Origin: Chlamydiales bacterium
GTDB lineage: Bacteria > Chlamydiota > Chlamydiia > Chlamydiales > SM23-39
NCBI GenBank assembly: GCA_028278035.1
Contig: JANQFC010000027.1
Coordinates: 74,289-138,288, forward strand
Length of the DNA: 64,000 nucleotides
Reading direction: 5' to 3'
The position numbers and the translations under genes are program-made. How positions within the stretch are numbered: position 1 is the stretch's first letter; the number at the start of each line of letters is the position of its first letter. This document shows positions 57,843 to 64,000 of the stretch, piece by piece. The notes beneath the pieces are model-generated. The model searched no databases, had not been told where the DNA came from, and saw only the letters and a list, made by a program, of their open reading frames with translations.

Positions 57843-57880
57843 ATTTTATATTCCTTAAAATTTAATATATAAATTACACT
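57808..57880. repeat. 73-bp direct repeat, copy 1 (vat 5' end plus upstream sequence)
   Basis: AAAGGATATTTGCATTCAGGATTGGGACCATTCATATTTTATATTCCTTAAAATTTAATATATAAATTACACT, identical base for base to 61393-61465. Confidence 0.95.
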
Positions 57881-57908
57881 TACCCAGTTTATAAAATCCT
57901 GATTTAGA

Positions 57909-58200
57909 TTAGTCCGAGCCAATATTAAAAGGCAATTTAAAACCCAAAGTGGCATTTAAACCTGCTTTGAAAAGGCAATCGGAAGCGGTTTTTTTTCCTA
58001 TACCGAATTGTTGACTTAAATCTTCGGTAATATTTTCAAAGTATTATACTGCCCAAAAAAAACCGATAGATATGCCGATTAAAATTAAAAATTTAGGCAA
58101 TCCGCCTTTTACAAGTATGGCAATCCCGTAAAGAGACTTTTCTTAAGAAATAGATAGAATTATCCTGGCTTAAGGAGGTACATTCGCAAGTATTGCAGCA
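57909..58200 (-). pseudogene. Gene remnant (two short frame-shifted pieces)
   Basis: Minus-strand pieces ...EKSLYGIAILVKGGLPKFLILIGISIGFFWAV* and YFENITEDLSQQFGIGKKTASDCLFKAGLNATLGFKLPFNIGSD* are separated by a shift at a T8 run. No start codon context. Confidence 0.3.
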
Positions 58201-58218
58201 GGGACTTTGGCTTCCTCA

Positions 58219-59823
58219 TTATTTTAGAAATTGTAAATTCGTAAATACAAACGGAAATAATAAAGAGCCGTCAGCAACCTGAACGATAGGGTTTGAAGAT
58301 TCATCGCTTCTTCTCCAAATAACATAAATATTTCTACCCGTAGAATCTGTAGTTATTTGTGAATAAAGCGCTTCTTTTCCATCATCAGAAAGATTTGGGA
58401 CTCCTCCATCGCCTGTAACAGTAGCTGGATTTTCCCAGGTAATACCATAATCAGCCGAAAAAGCTGTTTGAACAATATAGTTTGTTCCGTCATTTGCCCT
58501 AGTCCAAGTAGCATAAATATATCTACCGGTCGAATTGCTGACTATTTTAGAATCGCTAGCATTTCGTCCATCATCAGAAAGGTTTGGGACTCCTCCATCG
58601 CCGGTAACGGTGGTCGGATTAGACCATGTAATGCCATAATCGGAAGAAATGGCTGTTTGAACAATATAGTTTGTTCCATCATTTGCCCTAACCCAAATAG
58701 CATAAATATATCTGCCGGTCGAATCGGTAGCTATGTTAGCATAAGAAGAACTTTGATCATTATCAGAAAGATTGGGTGTTCCGCCATCGCCGGTAACAGC
58801 AGTCGGATTAGACCATGTAACGCCGTAATCAGCCGAAAAAGCTGTTTGAACAATATCGTATATCCCATCATTCGTCCTAACCCAAATAGCATAAACATAT
58901 CTGCCGGTCGAATCGGTAGCTATGTTAGCATAATAAGAACTTTGATCATTATCAGAAAGATTGGGTGTTCCGCCATCGCCGGTAACGGTAGTCGGATTAG
59001 ACCATGTAACGCCGTAATCAGCCGAAAAAGCTGTCTGAACAATATCGTATATCCCATCATTCGTCCTAACCCAAATAGCATAAACATATCTGCCGGTCGA
59101 ATCGGTAGTTATGCGAGGTGATGTAGCATTTTGTCCATTATCAGAAAGATTAGGTGTTCCGCCGTCGCCGGTAACAGCAGTCGGATTAGACCATGTAACG
59201 CCATAATCGGAAGAAATAGCTGTTTGAACAATCGCATTAGATCCATCAGATCTGGACCAAATAGCATAAACATATCTGCCTGTTGAATCTGTAGTTACTT
59301 GAGCCGATGAGGCACCATATCCGTCGTCTGAAAGATTGGGGGTGCCACCGTCGCCTGTAACGGTAGTAGGGTTTATCCAGGTGGTGCCGTAATCGGAAGA
59401 AATAGCCGTTTGAATAATCCCATTAGAACCATCATTGCGTCTTTCCCATACCGCATAAACATATTTTCCGGTCGAATCAGTAGCTATTTGTGGATAAAAA
59501 GCATTTCGTCCATCATCTGAAAGATTGGGAGTTCCGCCGTCGCCTGTAACAGTTGTAGGATTAGACCAGTTAACACTATAATCGGAAGAAATAGCTGTTT
59601 GAATGATAAAATTGGAATTATTGTATCTAAACCATACCGCATAAACATATTTTCCGGTCGAATCAGTAGCTATTTGTGGATAATCGGCTGATTGACCATC
59701 ATCTGAAAGATTGGGAGTTCCCCCATCACCTGTAACGGTTACCGGATCAACAAAATTAACTTCTGCGAAAATATTTGCTGATGCAAATATCATTAATATA
59801 AAAAAAATAAACTTTTTTAGCAT
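58219..59823 (-). CDS. Secreted BNR/Asp-box repeat protein (8 blades, sialidase-like propeller fold)
   Basis: Signal peptide MLKKFIFFILMIFASANIFA, then eight units of about 61-63 aa, each ending in an Asp-box (SSDYGVTWS / SADYGITWE, i.e. SxDxGxTW) and containing VTGDGGTPNLSDDG and TDSTGRYVYAIW. Confidence 0.8.
   Translation of the reverse strand: MLKKFIFFILMIFASANIFAEVNFVDPVTVTGDGGTPNLSDDGQSADYPQIATDSTGKYVYAVWFRYNNSNFIIQTAISSDYSVNWSNPTTVTGDGGTPNLSDDGRNAFYPQIATDSTGKYVYAVWERRNDGSNGIIQTAISSDYGTTWINPTTVTGDGGTPNLSDDGYGASSAQVTTDSTGRYVYAIWSRSDGSNAIVQTAISSDYGVTWSNPTAVTGDGGTPNLSDNGQNATSPRITTDSTGRYVYAIWVRTNDGIYDIVQTAFSADYGVTWSNPTTVTGDGGTPNLSDNDQSSYYANIATDSTGRYVYAIWVRTNDGIYDIVQTAFSADYGVTWSNPTAVTGDGGTPNLSDNDQSSSYANIATDSTGRYIYAIWVRANDGTNYIVQTAISSDYGITWSNPTTVTGDGGVPNLSDDGRNASDSKIVSNSTGRYIYATWTRANDGTNYIVQTAFSADYGITWENPATVTGDGGVPNLSDDGKEALYSQITTDSTGRNIYVIWRRSDESSNPIVQVADGSLLFPFVFTNLQFLK
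58687..59064. repeat. Two adjacent 189-bp intragenic repeat units, about 97% identical
   Basis: Units 58687-58875 and 58876-59064 differ at 5 positions by my manual alignment. A third unit starts at 59065 and then diverges. Confidence 0.85.
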
Positions 59824-60317
59824 AAAAAGACCTTATTTGTTAAAAAAGCATGAATGTTAAAAGAAAAATAAAAAAATTAAAATATTTTTTTATAAATTGA
59901 TGGCCAAAAAGGAGTTTTTTTTAAGATCTGATATAATTCGTTTTATAGACTTAAGCCTTTTAATTACTGAAATTTTTTAGTTTCTTTGACACTTGCTCAT
60001 GATAGGAGATGGTTTGATATTACGAAATAAAGTCAGTAAAGCTTGAGAAAAATGATATTATAATACTCTATAGAGGCTACTATTTGATGCAAAAGGAAAA
60101 TGCTTCGGCAAACAAGCCGTTTGGATTTTTTGCAAAAACTTGAAGGCAAAAGTTCCAAAGAAATATCGCATGAGTTATTTAAAAAAATTAACTAATATGT
60201 TGAAACTACTGAGCAATACAATAACACGACGGCTACAATTTTTAAGATATAATATTATTTGCTTAAATTGAATATCATTTGTTAATAATATCATTATAAC
60301 ATAGTAAGGAATAACAA

Positions 60318-61307
60318 ATGAAAAAATTGATATTAATGCTAATTATTTGCACAGGGCTTTATGCGGTAGATGACAAAGAATGCTGCGATAATGTAAATAA
60401 CTTTCCACAAGCTTTCTTGTATCCCGAGGATAAAAATTTAAGATGTTCCAATGATACATCAGTTTTTGGAGAATATTTATTATTTCATTTCTTTGAAGAA
60501 GGTTTGGAATATACCGCTGTCAGCGGAAGAAATAGAATAAGATATAATAGACTTAGTTGGAATTCCGGATTTAGAATAGGGGCAAGAACAATCATTAAAA
60601 ATTTAAGTTATATTGCTGCAGACTGGACATATTTGAAACTAAAAAAAGATAATAATGTTCAGGTGAACGACAATACTATTTTTGGTACTTTGCTGCCTCC
60701 TGATGATGTAAATTATATGAACTCAGCATCATCTAGATTTTCTTCTGATTTTAATACCCTGGATGTATACGGGACAGCTACTTATCATATAAGCCGATAT
60801 TTTATTTCCGAGCCTGCTATTGGTATTAGAGCCGCATGGATTGATCAGGATTATCATACAAGGTATTCGATCAGCAGTCAAAAAAACAATGTTTTTATTA
60901 AAAATGATTATTGGGGGGTAGGGTTAAGGACTTCATATAAAGGTAAATTTATTTTAAGTAATAATTACAGCTTGTATTCCAGCCTATTAGGTTCATTGTT
61001 ATTTTCAAAATTTGATGTGAGTCAAAATTCGCAGGTCAATAGCAATTTCATAAAATATAAAGAACAAAAGTCGGAATATCAGATTATTCCAAATATGGAG
61101 CTGGCATTAGGATTATTGTGTTCTAGATATTTTAATAATGATAAAAGTTTAATTTCATTAAAAATAGCTTATGAATTCCATAACTGGAGGAACTTGAATC
61201 AAATATATAGATTTTTTAATCAGACTAATCCATCCGGAAGTGATATAACCTCTAGAGGAAATCTAGCCATGAATGGATTTATCTTTGGACTGAATGTATA
61301 TTTTTAA
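60318..61307 (+). CDS. Cys-rich outer-membrane beta-barrel protein, MOMP-like (Legionella/Chlamydiales porin-like family)
   Basis: Signal peptide. Cys cluster after cleavage (DDKECCDNVNNF...LRC). FGEYLLFHFFEEGLEY resembles the conserved first strand of MOMP-like porins. Ends in an aromatic strand FIFGLNVYF. Confidence 0.55.
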   Translation: MKKLILMLIICTGLYAVDDKECCDNVNNFPQAFLYPEDKNLRCSNDTSVFGEYLLFHFFEEGLEYTAVSGRNRIRYNRLSWNSGFRIGARTIIKNLSYIAADWTYLKLKKDNNVQVNDNTIFGTLLPPDDVNYMNSASSRFSSDFNTLDVYGTATYHISRYFISEPAIGIRAAWIDQDYHTRYSISSQKNNVFIKNDYWGVGLRTSYKGKFILSNNYSLYSSLLGSLLFSKFDVSQNSQVNSNFIKYKEQKSEYQIIPNMELALGLLCSRYFNNDKSLISLKIAYEFHNWRNLNQIYRFFNQTNPSGSDITSRGNLAMNGFIFGLNVYF

Positions 61308-61392
61308 AAATACTCCTTATTTGAGAATGTGAAGATTTATAAAGCCAAAAACGAGGAAAAGCTCCTATCAGAAACTTGTATAATATTATTAG

Positions 61393-61465
61393 AAAGGATA
61401 TTTGCATTCAGGATTGGGACCATTCATATTTTATATTCCTTAAAATTTAATATATAAATTACACT
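61393..61465. repeat. 73-bp direct repeat, copy 2 (orphan copy of the vat 5' end)
   Basis: Identical to 57808-57880. Carries the first 35 nt of vat coding sequence with no gene body attached, 30 nt upstream of the GNAT gene start. Confidence 0.95.
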
Positions 61466-61495
61466 AAAGGGTAATTTAATTTTGATAAAAATATC

Positions 61496-62281
61496 ATGAA
61501 AAAAAATATTATCGGTAGCATATATAAAAATTTACTTTTCCAAGTCACTTATTTTGCTCCATATGTACCAATAATGCAAATTATAAAAAATGACTGCGTA
61601 ATTAAAATTACAGATATACAAGATGATACTTTTAATATGGTTTTAAAGGCTCATTTTACTCAACAAAATGCAAATAAGAAAATAGAAGAAGTTATAAGTA
61701 TTTTTAATACGAAAAATCTTCCTTTTTCTTGGTGGGTAGGACCAAATGATACTCCTGCTAATTTAAAAGCAATTTTAATTTCAAAAGATTTTGTTTCAAA
61801 AGAATATGATTATGGAATGTATTTAGATTTAGAAAAATATACTCCTAATATCTCAAGTGAATTAAAAATCAAGCAGATATCTAGTGCTAATGAATTAAAA
61901 GAATTTGATAATATCCATGTTCAGTCTTTTGGTAATCCAAATGCTTTTGAAATTATTTTTAGTAAAATTCCTTCTTTTTCATATCAGGATAAATCACCTT
62001 TTAGATTTTATACGGGATATTTTGAAGGAAAACCTGTTACAACTGGAGTTTTAGTTTTTCATGCAGATGTTGTAGGTATTTACTATATAGTTACTTTGCC
62101 AAATGAAAGAAGAAAAGGATATGCCACTGATATGATGCATTATTTACTTACTACAGCTAGAAAAGAAAATCAAAAAACAGCTGTTTTACAAGCTTCAGAA
62201 GAAGGAAAAAAAGTGTATGCGAAAATGGGCTTTAACGAATGTTGTGTTTTTCAAGAATTTGTTTTAAATAATAAAAAATAA
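61496..62281 (+). CDS. GNAT-family N-acetyltransferase
   Basis: C-terminal GNAT core VVGIYYIVTLPNERRKGYATDMMHYLL...AKMGF (R/QxxGxA-type acetyl-CoA motif). Confidence 0.8.
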   Translation: MKKNIIGSIYKNLLFQVTYFAPYVPIMQIIKNDCVIKITDIQDDTFNMVLKAHFTQQNANKKIEEVISIFNTKNLPFSWWVGPNDTPANLKAILISKDFVSKEYDYGMYLDLEKYTPNISSELKIKQISSANELKEFDNIHVQSFGNPNAFEIIFSKIPSFSYQDKSPFRFYTGYFEGKPVTTGVLVFHADVVGIYYIVTLPNERRKGYATDMMHYLLTTARKENQKTAVLQASEEGKKVYAKMGFNECCVFQEFVLNNKK

Positions 62282-62420
62282 ACAAATAAGCCCTTTTATT
62301 AAAACTGATAGGCTGATTTTACAACTTTTCAATTAAAAAAACAGTTGGTTTCAGATTTAGAGTTTTGAAGAAAATAGGTGTTTTAAAGCCGCCTTTTTCT
62401 TGAGCTATTGATAATCAAAA

Positions 62421-62464
62421 TAGCAGCAGTCGGACTCGAACCAACGACACCCGGATTATGAATG
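62421..62464 (-). pseudogene. Orphan tRNA 3'-half fragment (anticodon loop CAU to 3' end)
   Basis: Reverse complement reads TTCATAA-TCCGG-GTGTC-GTTGG-TTCGAGT-CCGAC-TGCTGCT-A: a good T arm and 3' acceptor strand. No matching 5' acceptor (AGCAGCA), D arm or 5' anticodon-stem strand lies upstream. Confidence 0.5.
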
Positions 62465-62644
62465 GAGGAAGATTACCAAATCGTTCAATAACATCCAACT
62501 AATATGAGTATAATAATAAATAACTTGTATTTAAATATGTAGTGGTTTTTATTGAATTATATTGGTTGATTTTGCTCATCACCGCACCTCAATATGTTTA
62601 GATTTCATAAGCATTAAATCATCAAAGCGACATTTGATTCTCTA

Positions 62645-64000
62645 TTATCTAATCTCGCGTGCTTTTAATACTTTATTATCTGAAACTTTATCAATGAGCT
62701 TATTTAAGGGATCTATGCCTCCTTTAGAAGGTTCATAGTTTACTTCTATGAAAAAAACATTGCGTCCATTCTTGATTTTATGTTTTTGCAAATACTTCAG
62801 ATTTTCATTCAAATCAAAAATTCCAACGTCAATATAATCATCCATTGGAATCTCTTGTTCTTTTCCAAGCCCATTTGCACGTAATTTTTTATTTGTTGAA
62901 TGAATCTCAACTTGATATTTATTATTAGATATTTTTTTGAAAGAGACCTTGTCAGTACGGTTGTCATAAAATGTAATAGTCTCAAACATATCTTCTATAA
63001 GATATTTTTTATCATTGGGAGTAATATCTTTAAAACGCTGAACTAGATCAGTAGCTTTTGTAAAAGGAGGTTTTTGAAAGGCAAAATCATGAATATAATC
63101 ATGTAATACTTTATTGACTATTTCTTCACCTAAATAATCTTTGAGTGCATAAAAGACCAAGCTTCCTTTCATATAATGAATATATCCTTGATTTTCATTT
63201 AACATGAGAGGAAGTTCCTTTTTTGTTTCTAAGCTTCGGCCGTTCAAATATCGATCCAATTCATACTTCAAAAACTTTTTCATTTGCTGTGGCCCAAATT
63301 CCCTTTCCATAACCATTAGAGCAGAATATTGGGCTAATGATTCGGAAAGCATAGTGCATCCCTGAACATTTCCTCCAATAACCTGATGAGCCCACCATTG
63401 ATGGGCTACTTCATGAGCTGTTATATAAAACGGATAATCAATATCTTTTGGATCATTTGGCTTTACTTTTGCAATAAACCCTATGTTTTCCGAATATGGA
63501 ATCATATTTGGAAATGACTGTGCAAAAGATTGATATCTAGGAAATTCGACGATGCGAATTTGTCTAAACTGATAAGGAGAAAAATTTTTCGTGTAATAGT
63601 CTAGAGATTTTTTAATGGAATGCATCATTCGAGATATATTAAAAGTATGACCTGGATGGTGATATATTTCTATGTTTACATTTTGCCATTTATCACGAAC
63701 TACTTCATAGCGACCAGATAAAAATGCATAAAATGGCAGGATGGGTCGATCCATTTTATAATGAAAGTAGCGACGCTCATCTTCTGTCCATTCTTTTTCC
63801 AAATATCCTGGTGCAATTGCAATTTGATCTAAAGCTGTGCTAACAGTTGCTTCAAAATCAATCCATGTGCCCTCTTGAGAAGTATAGGTTTTGTTAATAG
63901 CATTGGGATCGTTAAGGCTTGGTATTCGTGGTTTTTCAGGTAAATGATATTTTCTTCTAGTCTTATCATCGGGAATTTCTTTCGTTGGAGCATAACCTAT
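62645..64000 (-). CDS. M1-family zinc metallopeptidase (aminopeptidase N-like), C-terminal part; gene continues beyond the right edge
   Basis: HEVAHQWW...LSESLAQY (HExxH-x18-E gluzincin motif). The reading frame stays open upstream of the ORF-track Met (63802) to the end of the window. Confidence 0.85.
   Translation of the reverse strand: MGYAPTKEIPDDKTRRKYHLPEKPRIPSLNDPNAINKTYTSQEGTWIDFEATVSTALDQIAIAPGYLEKEWTEDERRYFHYKMDRPILPFYAFLSGRYEVVRDKWQNVNIEIYHHPGHTFNISRMMHSIKKSLDYYTKNFSPYQFRQIRIVEFPRYQSFAQSFPNMIPYSENIGFIAKVKPNDPKDIDYPFYITAHEVAHQWWAHQVIGGNVQGCTMLSESLAQYSALMVMEREFGPQQMKKFLKYELDRYLNGRSLETKKELPLMLNENQGYIHYMKGSLVFYALKDYLGEEIVNKVLHDYIHDFAFQKPPFTKATDLVQRFKDITPNDKKYLIEDMFETITFYDNRTDKVSFKKISNNKYQVEIHSTNKKLRANGLGKEQEIPMDDYIDVGIFDLNENLKYLQKHKIKNGRNVFFIEVNYEPSKGGIDPLNKLIDKVSDNKVLKAREIR

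Noticed and set aside
58468-59121. 217-aa plus-strand ORF inside the BNR gene
   Set aside because: It is a mirror ORF generated by the tandem repeats. Its translation is itself a low-complexity repeat (NNIVCSxICPxPxSINIS...), and the minus strand carries a signal peptide and Asp-box motifs.
57808-61465. The 73-bp repeats as ends of an IS element or transposon
   Set aside because: The repeats are direct, not inverted. One copy is part of the vat coding sequence, and no transposase or integrase ORF lies between them.
62400-62500. A complete tRNA gene at the tRNA-like sequence
   Set aside because: Only the T arm, the 3' acceptor strand and part of the anticodon arm can be folded. No complementary 5' acceptor strand or D arm lies upstream, so it is reported as a fragment.
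1-64000. CRISPR arrays, rRNA operons, prophage, or known defence systems (RM, TA, CBASS, retron and others)
   Set aside because: I saw no spacer-repeat arrays, no rRNA-like sequence, and no phage structural, recombinase, reverse transcriptase, cyclase or methylase/endonuclease motifs in any listed ORF.

Overview
AT-rich bacterial chromosome segment (roughly 30% GC by eye), densely coding. No rRNA genes, CRISPR arrays, transposases or integrases were seen.

Gene content points to an obligate intracellular, host-associated bacterium. My best guess is an environmental member of the Chlamydiota. The supporting signs are:
- recF-dnaN next to smpB
- a Lys/Arg-rich histone-like gene
- a SET-domain protein
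- a TLC-type nucleotide transporter homologue
- proteins with Inc-like bilobed hydrophobic domains
- a Cys-rich MOMP-like outer-membrane protein

This placement is an inference. Other amoeba-symbiont lineages, such as Dependentiae, cannot be excluded from the sequence alone.

Housekeeping genes are interleaved with many eukaryote-like or effector-like genes.
- Housekeeping: ABC exporter, trmB, P-type ATPase, pgi, recF, dnaN, smpB, rarA, tsaC-like, Pat-like acetyltransferase, adk, rlmB-like, guaC-like, brnQ, tRNA-Leu and tRNA-Pro.
- Effector-like: four ankyrin-repeat proteins, two protein-kinase-fold proteins, the SET-domain protein, a membrane-anchored LRR protein and a 989-aa protein with 30-aa tandem repeats.

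The right-hand third of the window (about 49.6-62.5 kb) looks like an accessory or plasticity region. It contains:
- several frameshifted or decayed genes
- drug-modifying-type enzymes (GrpB, Nudix, a Vat-like streptogramin acetyltransferase, a GNAT)
- a 3.5-kb module encoding a BNR/Asp-box repeat protein and a MOMP-like porin, bracketed by a perfect 73-bp direct repeat
- an orphan tRNA 3'-half fragment

No known defence or mobile-element system was recognised. The most promising undescribed candidates are:
- the repeat-bracketed surface-protein module
- the paralogous exported ankyrin proteins flanking a glycan-modification gene pair
- the translationally coupled unknown/TM-LRR gene pair
- the tandem Inc-like genes
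- a coupled TspO-like/TMEM14-like membrane-protein pair
- an adenylate kinase with a signal-anchor N-terminus

All family calls come from reading motifs by eye. None were checked against databases.
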